A DNA stretch of 64,000 nt from Hormiphora californensis (GCA_020137815.1 CM035353.1:4402001-4466000); one strand, 5' to 3'; numbered from the stretch's first letter, positions 25,049-38,733 are shown. Made by a program: numbers and translations. The notes: a model not told the origin generated them from the letters alone.

Positions 25049-25260
25049 AGAGGGGTGGATGTGGGGCCAATGAATTGTCCCCTTGTGTGATTAGAAATGT
25101 TTCACCCGATATATGATATGTACCCTATCGGAAGAGTCGTTACACACCACACGACTTGGTAGTCATACTATTACCCGATATTTGATATACCCTATCGGAA
25201 GAGTCGTTTAAAACCACACGGCTTGGGGATCATACTATTGCCGATGTTCATTATATACAC
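25049..25260 (+). mobile_element. Polypurine-tract-like run followed by TGT: probable 3' LTR start
   Basis: AGAGGGGTGGA|TGTGGGGCCAATGAATTGTCCC; homologous junction at 45394-45430, similar one at 34071-34090. Confidence 0.5.
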
Positions 25261-25290
25261 TCCATCGGAAGTATTCTAATGCATAACCGT

Positions 25291-26094
25291 GTGGCCCAAA
25301 TTAAAGGGAGGGTACGTTGGCCTTCTTTCACCCAGAAGTTTAATTTCAATCACTCTGATATTTGACACAATGTCTGCATGGGTACTCACTACTCATTCGA
25401 GGAATCCGAAGTTTCAGCCCTCTGGACAAAAGTTCATTTTTTTCGACCGAATGAACATTGAATGAACACCAATATGGGACCAAATTTCGGTACCAAAGTT
25501 TCACAAATTTGTTTGGCTATCGATTTCCTTTCAAATGGACCAGTTTGAGCTTAATTGGATCACCCAAAATCACAGTGATCCGTTTTCTAAGCCTAGGATA
25601 AGTCATGTGATCCCCATCAAATTATGACGTGTTAGCAAGAGAAATGAATTTTAAGATAGAGAGCTTAAATTCCAGCTAACATCAAATTGATCAAGATAGT
25701 GGCCGTACATATTTTTAGCGCCTGAATTTACCGATTTCTGGTCAAAACAGGTCAAAATCGATGTTTGGTAAAAAATATCACTTTAAATAACTTATTTCAC
25801 CCACTAAACTTGATTCAATTTTAATAAAAGTGCAGATTGCCATTTGTTGATACTTGCTCTAATGTATGGCGGTTTTGAAATAATAAATCGAATTTATCAA
25901 GAGAAAACCTCAAAAAACCCGAAAAACGAAAAATTGAGTTCATTAATGAACTTTCAACTTTATGATTTGAAACTTCGGATTCCTCGAATGAGTACCCTGC
26001 AGACATTGTGTCAAAATATCAATTATCAGAGTGATTGAAATTAAACTTCTGGGTGAAAAGAAGGCCAATGTACCCTCCCTTTAATTTGGGCCAC
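25291..26094. mobile_element. Non-autonomous TIR element (~120-bp TIRs; TTAA-AGGGAGGGTAC inner ends, Kolobok-like)
   Basis: GTGGCCCAAATTAAAGGGAGGGTAC... / ...GTACCCTCCCTTTAATTTGGGCCAC. Confidence 0.8.
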
Positions 26095-26671
26095 CCCAAT
26101 CACACTGCTTTAGAAACCTCGCACAGTAGTTCCAGCTTGAGACCTGAGAAGAAAGAAGAAGTTTCTGCCTCTACATCTAAACCAACTGGAGGGTGCTAAT
26201 TGGATTCACAGCTGAGGAGAAAGCTAGTTCATGAATAAATCCTGTACAACATACGTGGCTATGTATTTACTTACTGTATTTTCATTACGGTAATTTGACT
26301 ACAAGCAGCACTGTAACACCTTAAGCGAGGATTATCAACTCTATTCTTCTCCATGATCCAGGGGAACTTGAACAATAGGCCCCACCTGTTAACGCTGACC
26401 AACAACTTCTACCTCATGAAGGATGAATAGAGCCGATTGGACAGGCAAGTCACGTGAGGACCTGCCGCACCGTCTTATTTAAAAAGACGAAGCGAGGAGC
26501 CCACGGGACTGATTGTCTGGCAGAACACTTTCTGAGGCAAAAGCATAGTTTACACTTTCCTTACATTCTAACTTTTAGTTTCGTGTAGGGAACTCCGTGT
26601 GTTTTATCTTTGTCCTTTATTGAAAAGTTAAGTATCACTGTTACACCCTTTGTCCGCACTCAAACATCTAT

Positions 26672-26864
26672 CATGCCGGATATTGAGAGTGGTATTCCCA
26701 CCTCACATAATAAAGCCAGGGCGGCGAGGGAAGAAGCGGAGCGACAGAGCAGGGAGGCCATGCAGAGGGAGGCGGAAGTAGAGCGGGGGAGGATCCGGAT
26801 ACTAGCTGAGCAGCGGGCCAGGGAGGCTGAGGAGGAGCACCGACGGGGCGGAATGAGCGCCTGA
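26672..26864 (+). CDS. Short E/R/A-rich coiled-coil ORF behind a CCAAT/E-box/TATA-like promoter; possibly a truncated gag start
   Basis: MPDIESG..AAREEAERQSREAMQREAEVE; upstream ATTGG, GTCACGTGA and TATTTAAA at ~26436-26484. Confidence 0.3.
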
Positions 26865-27047
26865 AAGCAAGAGGAAGGACAAGCACCACGAACGCGGCTT
26901 ACCTGGCCTACGGGCGCAACCTCAGCAGGGTCTATTCGGACATCGTTCACGCACACAGCTGAGCAGTTTGGTAAATTCATTTGTCATATCATTGGGAGGG
27001 GAAAAAAGTATTATAATTAAGCTCATTCCTCGATTTAGTGAATCAAT

Positions 27048-27303
27048 ATGGTACGATCAGATAATGGGGAGGAAAATATGTCGGAGGGGGAGATAGAGGT
27101 GTATGAAACTCTCTTCCAAACGTATGTGGATGAAGGAATGCAGCAGCATCTAGAAGATCACGGGGGCGGCGCACATCACATGTACGGGACGCTAATTTGC
27201 GTGGGGTGCGTATACATTGACGGGGATCATGATTGACATTTCCATGGGGAAACACATCCTAGAACACGGAGGGGTACGTGAACAACCAACGCTATCGAGA
27301 CTT
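27048..27303 (+). pseudogene. 5' half of Cys/His ORF family ('ORF-Z', intact at 41080-41553); 3' half resumes at 33412-33629
   Basis: Near-identical to 41080-41340 apart from indels. Confidence 0.7.
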
Positions 27304-27403
27304 NNNNNNNNNNNNNNNNNNNNNNNNNNNNNNNNNNNNNNNNNNNNNNNNNNNNNNNNNNNNNNNNNNNNNNNNNNNNNNNNNNNNNNNNNNNNNNNNN
27401 NNN
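27304..27403. other. Assembly gap (100 N)
   Basis: Run of N. Confidence 1.
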
Positions 27404-27947
27404 TGTATCTTCGTCTTGGGCACTCGGCGCACCCTGTATTCGTGCAAAACTCCTGCCATTTGTTATGTATATAGACAACAACAACAAAACTTCGTTAAGA
27501 GGTGTAACTGTCTGCCTGAACGCTAACTGTCTGCCTCCCTCTCCATCTATATAGCTCTTTCTCTCTATACATTTTTTTTTCTCTCTCTAATAGTTCTTTC
27601 TCTCTCCCTTATATATAATTTTTCTCCCTCTCTCTAATAGTCTTTTATCTCTCTCACTCTGTCTCTCATTCTATATAGTTCTCTCTCTTTTTCTCTCTTC
27701 CTCTCCCTCCTCTCAACTGCTCATATCTTTATCCTATAATATTTTATCTCTCCTTCTATGATCACATCTCATTTTCCACCGTTATATTCATTCTTCCCCT
27801 TTTTCTATATTGTTTCTCTATTATTAACCTACTTTTTAACGTTTTGATATTATTTTTATAGGATGTATTCCTGTTACAACTCCACTTTAGAGACTGAGGT
27901 TCTATGTTCCCTGTAAGTCATTATATCCCTACTATCTCTCTCTCTCT

Positions 27948-27987
<40 letters not shown>

Positions 27988-28943
27988 TTCTCTTCATTAT
28001 CTTTTTCTTGGTTGCTGTTATCTCGTCTCTGTTATTTTTCTTCCCTCAGCATGCAGTGTTTTGTGGGGGCTCTCTCAGGGTGTGGGTTTTGTTCGCCCGA
28101 GGACCCCGGATGCTCCCTTTGTTACACCTCTGGGTGTAATAGCCCGTAAGTTATTGTTATCTTTAGTGTTAGCTTCTCATTAGTTTCCCCTCTTTCCATG
28201 TTATTCCTCCTTATATAGACCGTTTCTCAGGATTTCTCCTACCACGGCTCCTCCCGGTTCCCCATCTACCCGGCCCCATTGGATCCCCTGGTATGTGGTT
28301 CCCCTGATGTTGGCTGGGGTGTTCGTGGCAGGCCTTGTGGGCGGCTACTGTTGCGGCAGGAGGGACCGACCTGCCCCTACCCGCCCCCCAATGTTTCACC
28401 CCAACCCTGCTGCTACTGCAGAAACTCTAGAAACTATTATTTAAAAAATTCTTTTGTTTGATTTGTTTTGGTTAACTCTATGCGTTTGTTTCACTGTGTG
28501 TGTATTCAATACTCAACCTTATTCTGCTGCTCTGTCATATATCCCCCATGGCAGGGAGGAAGGCCGCTTTGTGTTTTACCATGAGAAGATCCATCATATG
28601 TCCCCACGACCATTCATTCAGGCCCCAAGTCCTTATAACTCCACTCTCCCGCATGTGAACCATATGTCAGCCTTAGTTAATACGTTGTTATATTTGCCCT
28701 TCATGCTCCCCATATCATTGTCTGTATTTTTAAATTATATGTTCCGTCTTAGTAATTCCCTCTATCCCAGTCAAACAGCAAGGCTTTTTCGATTAAAATT
28801 ATAGTTATACTGATATTACAATTAACACATTTCTCCTACAGTTTACACGCACTCTCAGCATTATATTATTATATTATATTGTATTAGCTACTAGGTAAAT
28901 AATATTTCATCAGTAAGCAATATTTCAGCGGCAATTAGTAGGC

Positions 28944-31900
28944 TCACCGCCGATACTTATAGTTTATCTTGGCCTTATTCTCCAATCTTTTAGACCGCCT
29001 AGGTGGGGGACTAGGTAGTCTTGTTTCATCCGGTCCCTCGTCACGAAGTCTCTTTTCTTGTCTATTCTCTGTCTCTAAAACTTCCTCCATTTCCTCGTCC
29101 TCTGCATGGTCGCTCCTTCTTAGCACGTTCTCTCTATCTATGGTATTCAGTCTTTGGGCTATCGCCTGTATTTGTTGCCAATCAGGCTCCTCTTCTCTTG
29201 GCTGTGGTCGCGCTTCAAATTTAGGCGGTTGCATGACTACCCTCGTTCCCTTTGTTGGGGGTCGAGCTCTTTCGTATTCTCCAAACGAGTCGTTGCTTGT
29301 CTTGCTCTTGGTAGTGTCCATGGTGCTATCTAGCCCTTGGTCTGTCCGCTCTCTGTACTCGGTCTTGTTAAGGTTTCGACTCTGCCCGTCCATTTGTTCT
29401 TCTCTAGCCTGATGGCCTGGTTGTTCCAATTCCATATCTATTTCTTCTTCATATTGACGGTCTGTCTGTGGCCCTCTCACCCCCGCTGACATCATTGGAC
29501 TATTCTCCATTGGACGCTCTGTCCGGGGTCTTGCTGGTTTGATTTTCAGCGGAGTTTCAGTCCCTTGTATTTGTACCCTCCTGGGGAGAGGGTTGGTACC
29601 TCCTGAGTGGCTTCTTTTCTCCTTTCCTTTCGGTATCTTTCCAGGTGTAGAATGGTTGGTGGGATCATCCATCAGAATTCGGCGTCCCCCTCTCATTTCA
29701 TTCATTTTATCCCTCCATATTTGTCTAGCTGGAGGTACCTCTGGAAATATGGTTGTTGGTATGCCCAACCCCATTCTTAACAATTCTTCCTCTCTCTGTA
29801 CATCTTCCTCGGAATATTTGTTAGTCCTTCTCCCAGGAGCTATCTGTGGGGATGTCCAAATAGAGCTTTCTTGGGTTCCTCCCCTTTCTCCTCTGACCAC
29901 GTTTTTTTCCTGGTGGCGAGGCGTTAGGGGTTCTATTGGAGGGTCCCGGTCTCTCCACCCGTTGGTCAGGAATTTGCTGTCTATGGCTATCCCCCGGGGT
30001 TGTTCTCCTTGGCGTTCCTTGTCTGTTTTTGAGATGCTCTCCCTCCGGTGTTCTGTTATGTGGTTCTAGTCTATCTGGTTGTGAGTCTGATACCCTATGT
30101 ACATCCTCATTTCCTATGGAAGTACCCAATGCCAAGGTTTTTGCTGCAGTTGTATATAGATCACGATCCGTCAGGTCCGTCTGTAGGTCCTGCTGTCTAC
30201 TTGGGCTCCCTAGTTGACTTCTCCTTCTTCCTGGACTTGGGTCCTCCTAGTAGTTGGTACTGTCCAGCCACCTCACGCGGTGCTTCGGTGTATCTGACTA
30301 CCCTTTCCCTTGGCTCTATTACCCGCTCTGCTACAGAATCCGCTATCCGTTCTCTCTGTTCTAAGCGGGGATCTAGTTCTCCTCTGAGTGGGTCAGTTTG
30401 TTCTCTTAGATCTTCCCCTCCTTCTTCTTCTTCTCCAAACTCTTCTTCAAAGGCCCGGGTTAACTCTTCCAGTATTCGAGTTCGCCATGGGGTTGAAATT
30501 TGCGTTGACCCTTCACTCCGGGCTGTCCTATTGTTATCCGCTACTGGGGTGTTTTCCCCAGCTCTCTCCCGTGGCAATTCTCTTGGGTGGTATCTTGGGT
30601 AGTCTCTGGTGTGTTCTCTTGGGGGGACTCTTGTATGGTTTCGTGGGGGGACCCTTGTATTGTCTCTTGGGTGGTCTCTTTCCCTATCATTCGGAGGTGT
30701 CTTATTTCCCCCATTGATATTCCAGAGTCTCTCGTATGTTTGAGGCCCCATTCCTGTTACAGCTGATTTGCCTTCGCTTGAGCTCTTGTTACCCTTCGAT
30801 CTCCTGCAGCATTTCCTCTATCTCTGCTGTCGTCCTCAGGTTCTGTTTCTTCTCCTCAGTTATGCTTGCTTCTGCGGTTTCCTGCTCTTGTTCTCACGAT
30901 GTCCTCTCATTCCCTCGGGGATCTTCCTTAAGTGGTTTCGATGAACAACGTATTTACAGTCACCCGTTTTTCTTTTCCAATCTGGATTCTTTGCACCAGA
31001 AAATCGTGCTGATCCCAAGCGTCAATTATAATGTATGGACCCTTAAAGTTAGTTACTAACTTGTAGTAATTATTAGATGTGTCTTTCGGCCTGTAGATCA
31101 TCACTTTGTCTCCCACTGCTAGGCTCACGGCTTGTTTATTCCGGTCGTATATCCTTTTTTGAAGACGGTGTGTCAATTCTAGGTTGTTACCCGCCAATCG
31201 GAATATCTTTCTAAGTTCTTGGTACATGTCACTTGCCAGATGATGCTCACTCTCAAAGAACTTTGTTGATCTGGTCTGGAATATGACATCATCCAATCCA
31301 GTCATCTCTCTTCCGGTCATTAACCGGAAAGCTGAATACCCTGTGGACCTGTTTATCGCTGAGTTTACTGCTAATTGTAGTCGCGGTAGTGCTTGCCTCC
31401 ATTGTCCGGGATTATCCCCCACTAGTTTCTGTAACAGATGTAGTAGCACCTTATTGAACCGCTCTGCTATTCCATTCCCTTGGGGATGGTACGGTGCACA
31501 GTACTTCTTCTCTATCCCTAAGAGACCATATAGGTTATTCATGACCTCCGCCGTTTTGAAAGTCGCAGCATTATCAGTTACTAAGATCTGGGGCGGTCCC
31601 CAGATGCAAACGTAGTTATCTAAGAAAGCTTTTGCTATGGTGGTAGCCTTCTCATTAGCGATGGGCACGAACACTACATATTTCGTGAATTTGTCAACCA
31701 TAGTAAGCACCTTGGGAAATCTTCCCCCTTTCGATATCTGTACCACGTCCATGTTAACACACATGCCTGGGTATTTATATGTGTATGGTTTCAACTCCGG
31801 TATGGGTTGTTTCCGGTAGTACTGGTTAGTCTTGAAGCAATCGCTGCAGGTCTTGCAGAACAATCGTACTTCTTCTTGCATATTAGGAAAATTGAACTTC

Positions 31901-33409
31901 TGTCTTATTCTACTTTCGGTCTTCTCGGACGACTGGTGTGCTCCAGCCACTGTGTGGCTTGCCTCTATGACTTTGACTATTGTGACTCTGGTACGCAAGT
32001 TAACCAGCGGAACTCTGTGAGTCCCGGGTTACCATATCTGATGCAAATGGTATCTTGATCCCCTATCTTCAGCCGACTCAGCTTGTTATAGTATGTGCGT
32101 TCCTGAGGTGGTAGCATGTTGGGATCTCTGCCTTTTCCTCTCTCTGATCCACTTGCGTACACTTTAAAAGTAGGGTCTTCCTTAGACTCTCTCAGAATTC
32201 CTGTCTCCTATTATTGGGTGGTTTTGTTTCTCCTCACATTGATTCACAACTTTAGACTTTTCTTCTTCTTTACCGACTGCATCCTGGATTCCTTGCTTGA
32301 TGTAATCGTATAGCCTGATGAGACTGAGGCAAGGCTGTCTGCTCAGAAATCAGAGACCACGTTCTCTTTCCCTGGTACGAACTTGATATCAAAACTCGTA
32401 CTCCGACAATTCCATACTCCATCGGATTATAGCATTGGCCGTTGATTTCTTTAGGAAAGTCCCGAAAACTCATGGCTTTGCAATCGGTCGCAGAACAAAC
32501 CTTCTCCCATATAGATAGAATCTCATCCGGGTTATCGCACAGTATGCAGCGTAGAATTCTTCACGAAAGATGGCCAGTGTAATTGTGAGGGGTTGAATAC
32601 TTTAATCCATAATGGATGGGATGCATTTTTCCATCGTCTGATTCCTGCATCAAACAGAACCCAACAGTATCCTGATGCGTCCGTAAATATATTGAGCGTC
32701 TTGTTAGGATCCGCCAAACCAAGCAGGGCGGGTTCGTCAGGGCGGTTTTCACGGCCTCGAGCTGTTTTTAGCTTTCCCCAAATTCAAACTTTTCGATCCT
32801 TGGAGTAGCGAGGTTAGGGCTAGTTTTTCTGCGAATTTAGTACGAACTCCCTAAAATACCAGCTAACCCAACACTCTTTGGACATCCTTCTTTGATTTCG
32901 GGTCTGGATCTCCAAAGATCCTTATCTTCTCTGGTTTGCGTACAGCCCTTCTTTCGTTAGTTTGCATCCCAAGAACATGACTTCCCGTTGAAATAGCTCG
33001 CATTTCTCGGGTTATTTCAGTTGAGCCACCAATTTTTAGTCTCTCGAATATAGTTCAGATTATCCATCATGACCTCAGCATTGGCTGCCCCTGATATTAT
33101 ATCATCCAAGTAAACCGCGCAAACATTCGCCTTCAGGTCCCCGAAAAGCCTATCAGCTAAAGACTGCAGGGCTGCTGGGCTTGTTCTCGCCCCCATGGGC
33201 ACCACCTTGTGCCTCCAGGATCCCATCGAATTCAGCCATATAGTCGTGACGTCTCTAGAGTCTTCATGTAGTGGTATTTGCCAGAATGCGGAGCTAAGAT
33301 CCATGACGCTCCACATTTTGCATTCGAACCAAATATTCCTAGTTTCTTGGACCGTTGGGAGTGGGTGCAAATTAGACACCGTAGCGTCATTGAGTAGCCT
33401 GAAATCGAT
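28944..33409 (-). mobile_element. pol: Ty3/Gypsy element A copy 2, 5'-truncated within RT, with long post-integrase extension
   Basis: 30898-33409 is near-identical to 4-2539; integrase ORF 30928-31998 (VTDNA, YHPQGNGIAER, KGPY); low-complexity ORFs continue to 28944, ending PPPRRSKRL..INY. Confidence 0.92.
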
Positions 33410-34296
33410 TATATCGAGACGTTATGGAGTACACCCGGGGGGGGGGGGGGTCTGGACACCCCTAGACACAGGGCTGCGGCTGCCTCGCATTATCTATTTA
33501 GGGTAACTGAAGCGACAAAGGAGTTGCTTCTAAATTTGGAATTGGCAGTGGAGGGTATCAGGGATCTATTAGATACGGTTTTGCGGTTCGCAATTAAAAG
33601 GACCGAGATACTCACCGCGGTCATCTAATGGGGCCGATCGCCGGGTGGGTTAGTATTTGCATGCCTCTTTACTTTATTTATTTATTTGTTGCCATATTTG
33701 TTATTTTTCTTTTGGACCTAATAACTATCCCTCGCTAATTCGAGTCAATCATTATTGTATTGTTTTCACTAGTTTTGTTGCAACAATAATAGAAGACACC
33801 GCTAACACCTTCTCCCTTTTCTCAGTCTGTGATGTCGTCTGTGGGAGATTCGGTTGTAATCCTGGAAGGAGCCGCCGATGTGATCAGTGTGGATGAGAGG
33901 TGCATAGTTGAAGGACACTTGAAAATATGGTAGAGGAGTGAATGTATTAATATGTGGGGTGACCCAATTAAGACAATATTATATGACGGGTTATGTCGAC
34001 CTGAGTTTTGCAATGTTTTCAATTCTGTGAGAGTAACCCTGATGCCAGGCCCATATATACTCTTGGTTGGGAGAGGGGGTGGATGTGGGGTTACACCCCT
34101 TTGTTTCCCCTCTTTCGCACTAGCCAGATCTATATTATATACGATATATTAGTTTTAAAAGTGTTTGTGTGTGAGTGCCATTACAGTGCTGAAGTGGGAT
34201 CAATCCTTTCAACTTCAGAGGTGCGAAGTTCTACTAATGGACACGGCAGACCTATAAAATACCAGGGAGCAACCACGTGTGAGGGTTGGCCTGGGT

Positions 34297-34990
34297 ATAT
34301 ATAACGCCCACTGCGCATTTTTTTGAGAAATAACACCCGCGCGGTAGCGGGCTGATATGACTGCATCCGAAATGATAAATCTCATAACTCCCGCTATAAA
34401 AGTGCAATTTATTACACGCAAGATTTCACCCAAAAAGGTGTGAAAACTCTTTCTTTTGTTTGTGTGTACACACTGTTGCAAAGAGAGAGGGATTGACACA
34501 ACAAGGGGCGGCAGAATGGCGACAAGAGAGAGAGAGACAAGAGAGACATTGGTAATCGTTATCTCTCTCTATTTAATTAGCACCCAATAGTTCGCTTTTG
34601 TGTGTGTGAGTGTCTAGACATGTCTAGACATGTCTGGAGTTGAAAAGGGAACATATTTGAAGGGTTGACATGAGTTGTGTTGCCTCTCTCTCGCTGTGTC
34701 ATTATTTGTTGTTGAACTGTGAAACTTTGATGATGTTGAATAGTTTGTCAAATTGACTTGAAAAACTTGACAGGGGATTAGTGTTGTTCTCTCCTTGCTT
34801 GCAGTGGGCGTTATATGCTATAACACCTTATGTGTATCAAATATATCGCCCTCACTACGTTCGGGGCGATATATTGCATATCGTCTCCTTGCTCCGCAAG
34901 GAGCCGATATGCGTGCATATCACGCCCCGCGCGGGGCGCGATATACAGATACACACCGGTGTTATAGCACATATAAAGAAGTTATTTTAT
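34297..34990. mobile_element. Non-autonomous element with short IR and ~150-bp terminal palindrome (family uncertain, Crypton/HINE-like architecture)
   Basis: TATAACGCCCACTGC (~34300) / GCAGTGGGCGTTATA (~34801); palindrome CTATAACACC...GGTGTTATAG 34819-34968. Confidence 0.5.
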
Positions 34991-36017
34991 TTCGAAGTGA
35001 GCGGTTGTTACTGTACGTTCTGTGCTGATTATTATTATTATTCTATGCCAGCTAATAACGTGTCGCCCTCCAGTTCCAACAGCGACATGATTGCCAATTG
35101 TGAGTTGACCGCAATAACCTCAAATTAATTTCTGAACACTTGTTTTAGTAGGTAATCTTATAACTTCAGGGCTAACTTTGTAACTTGAAGCTACGAACTT
35201 TAAGTATACTAATATTATAGCCTCAAATCTGTGCTCCCTGTGAGCGAGTTATATTTTACATTATGTTGTGATTGGGAACTGCATTGGTGGTTATGACGTC
35301 TCGGCGAATTACTCCTGCTCATTCTGGGGTGAAGTCTTGACGCTGATAATCCTCTTACTGAATTCAGACTATTCATCAACCGAGACCAGGATTAGGAGAA
35401 GGAACGAGTGATTATAACCGTATTAACGGAGACATGAACCAGGATTAGGAGAAGGAACGAGTGATTATAATCGTATTAATCGAGGACTATAGGAGATTTA
35501 CTGCGTAGGTTGCTGGGACTATAAATACAGGACTGGAGGGGAAAACGCCCTGACAGACACTTCAAACTCGTAATAAGAGTCATTTTACTGTAGTTAAGAG
35601 ACTTTTGATTAGTAATTAGTATAAAACTACTATATATTTAGTTCTAACCCAGTATATTCGGTTTTTAGTACTTCGTTTCTATATATTATTATAATAAACA
35701 GTTTACACCACACGCAATCACCACGCAATGACCCTCAGCCTCACCACAGAGTCGGACACACAGACTGAGTCAGGCAGCCCGTTACTATCACTACTGGGTG
35801 GGTTAGAGCAGACTCCGGGTTCTGCATCCCGCATTAGTGAATAATTGAAGAAGAAAGGTCCACGGAGGATTCAATAATTAGAACAATGTATTTTGTTGCC
35901 CGGTAGCTGTCACCAGTTCTGAAATCATGGACATCGACGAAATTTCTGAGATGCAGCTGCTAGAAGGACATGTACATGTACAACAATTGCACTGAGATGG
36001 ACACAGTTGTGGGCAGG

Positions 36018-36172
36018 ATGAAGTTTAGAGGCACGGTTTATCGAGAGAGACCAGAGCTACTCTACAGAGTTGGAGAAATAATGCTCCTTGATGTCATGGA
36101 GACGTCTGCAGACCTAGTTTTCCACTTCGTTCTCCTAGCTCCGTTCCTAAACAAGGCTGGACTATTATACCA
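36018..36172 (+). pseudogene. env: Fragment of env-like fusion protein (duplicate of part of 40494-40883)
   Basis: MKFRGTVYRERPELLYRVGEIMLLDV..LVFHFVLLAPFLNKAGL. Confidence 0.55.
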
Positions 36173-37032
36173 GCAGAGTTTAACCAAGCCCCATGTAAAA
36201 TAACGGAAATAGACACTGAGATGGACACAGTTGTGTGTATTACCGGCACACATTTAAAGGTTAGAATTAGGGCGGGCTGGATTGTCTCGTATCATTTAAA
36301 GCACTGTTACTAATGAATAGATAAAGAATAAAAGATCTGTTTTAGCTGATTTAGTAACTATTTCTTCTTCTGCAATCTGCAAGACACAGTTTATCACTTT
36401 GAAACAAAAATGTCTCTGGCTGAGGGTGGTGCGGCAATGGTAGGCGGTAAATGTTAACCAGATCTGTGAGAATTTCGCACGTTTTTGCCCATAACTCAGT
36501 CATTTCTTGACCATAACTCAGCCATTTCTTGACCAAATTGGTCAATAAATGACTGAGTTATGGACAAAAACGTGGTTTTGCACGTACGTTTTCTCTCAGA
36601 TCTGGTTAACATTTACCGCCTACCTGCGGCAATGGGCCGCTCCACCCACAGGGACGATGGTACGAACACCTCTGCAGACAATTCCTGCTGGAAGGCGGAG
36701 GTTTGGAAGGCACAAATGGCAGCACTATAGCGAGACCGGTAACACCTCCCCTACAAGGCTCTAGAAGATATGTTCTTCCAATTAAACCGGGTGGACTCTA
36801 TCCCACTCCGCAGTAAAACTCTCTACCTGGAGAAGACCCACAGAAAACGTGCAATCCGACAGGTTGACCTATTCATCACTCTGTCAGCAGGCAGTAAACA
36901 GGCAGCTAAAACCCTGCTTTGGGAATCAACATTTAAAGGTTAGAATTAGCACATATATAAAAGGTTATAATTAGGGCGGGATGGATTGTCTCGTATCATT
37001 TAAAGCACTGTTGCTAATGGATATAGATAAAG

Positions 37033-37351
37033 AATAAAATTTAGCGAATCAATATGGTACGATCAGATAATGGGGAGGAAAATATGTCGGAGGGGGAGAT
37101 AGAGGTGTATGGAAACTCTCTTCCAAACGTATGTGCAGGATGAAGGAATGCAGCGGCATTCTAGAAGATCACCGGGGGGTGGCGCACATCAACATGTACG
37201 GGACGCTAATTTGCGTGGGGTGAAGTAATACATTGGCGGGGATCATGATTGACATTTCCATGGGGAAACACATCCTAGACACGGAGGGGTACGGGGAACA
37301 ACACGGCTATCGGGACGTTATGGAGTACACCCGGGGGGGGGGGGGGGGGGG
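37033..37351 (+). pseudogene. Truncated ORF-Z copy ending at the poly-G run
   Basis: Near-identical to 41080-41375, with an internal TGA. Confidence 0.7.
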
Positions 37352-38297
37352 ACCCACCTGCTATACATAAGAAAAATAGGATGAAATATTTGAAGCTATA
37401 GCTTCACCGACAAACAAAAAGAAAGGAACAGGCCCAGCCTCAAACTGAGGTCCAGGGTGCGGTGAAGGTCCGTGTGAGACTGACCCTCCTAGAGGAGAAT
37501 ACAATTAATATACCCTCCAAGCAGGTGCCATATAACATAATGTAATATAATAATGTGGTATCCAGTGGCCTGAGCCATTGGATACCACGGTAACTGCATA
37601 GGGTAGAGGGCCAGCGACCCTAACATAAATTACGGATAAAGATAATTTATTAGTTTAGTTGTATAGTATATATTACCGGCGCACATATATAAAAGGTTAG
37701 AATTAGGGCGGGCTGGATTGTCTCGTATCATTTAAAGCACTGTTGCTAATGGATAGATAAAGAACAAAAGATCTGCATTCTATTAAACTTTGTAAACTAA
37801 CTCTCCCCTGAACAGATAACAGCTACATGATGGAGAGAAGAAGAAGATAAATGTGTGGTCCGGTGGTCACGCAGGTCGGATGCCCTGGAAGACGACGTAT
37901 AAAAGGAGAGAGAGAAAAGACTGAGCTGCTGTAGTGTGATATTATTTTGTATCTGTTTTAGCCGATTAAGTAAATATTTCTTTGGCTGCAAAGACACAGT
38001 TTATTAATTTGAAATAAAATGTCACTGGCTGAGGGTGGTGCGGCAATGGGCCGCAGGGACTATGGTACGAACACATCGGACTTCCTACTGGAAGGCGGAG
38101 GTATGGAAGTCACAAATGGCAGCACTACACCAAGACCAGATGATGACTACCATGGGAATTCCAATCTGACAGACTAGTTAGCCATTGCACTAACACTTGT
38201 CCCGCTCTAGAAAATACTGAACTTTTTCCTGGAATTAATAAAACAGTACATTTCTTATATTCTTGCACGATATTATATGTTTATATTATATATTGTT

Positions 38298-38733
38298 TGG
38301 TGAGGCTCAGAGCTGTTCGCGAATACCTATAGAGTTTGTCGAGGTGCACCTAGACCGTGTGAGAGAAAAAGACGAGGTTAAACTTCGAATGGAATTTATA
38401 AGTGGTGATCAACGCCTCAGGAGCACAGTCCTTATATAACATGCACCAGCGCGGCCTGGGTTGATAGCAGCTGCTAAGGCTATCTTTGTGGAGGCGTCAG
38501 TGGGTTTACGACGGGAGTTGGCGCACGGAGACGTCCTCTCTATCCTCCGAGAGGGAGATCAACTCACCGAAGCGATATGGAAGTACGGTTACCAGACCAC
38601 GTTCCCCGGTCGAGTTGATTGGGGAAGTAGCTCAGGTGGTGAGCCATCTGGTAGACAGAAACGGGGACCACCCCCGGCGGGCCCTAATTGGCCCAATCCC
38701 CAATCCCCATTTTTGGAGGGGAAAATGCCCTGA
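38298..38733 (+). pseudogene. ORF-X subfamily 2 member, frameshifted
   Basis: VRLRAVREYLEFVEVHLD..APARPGLIAAAKAIF..AIWKYGYQTTFP aligns with 45706-46173. Confidence 0.6.
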
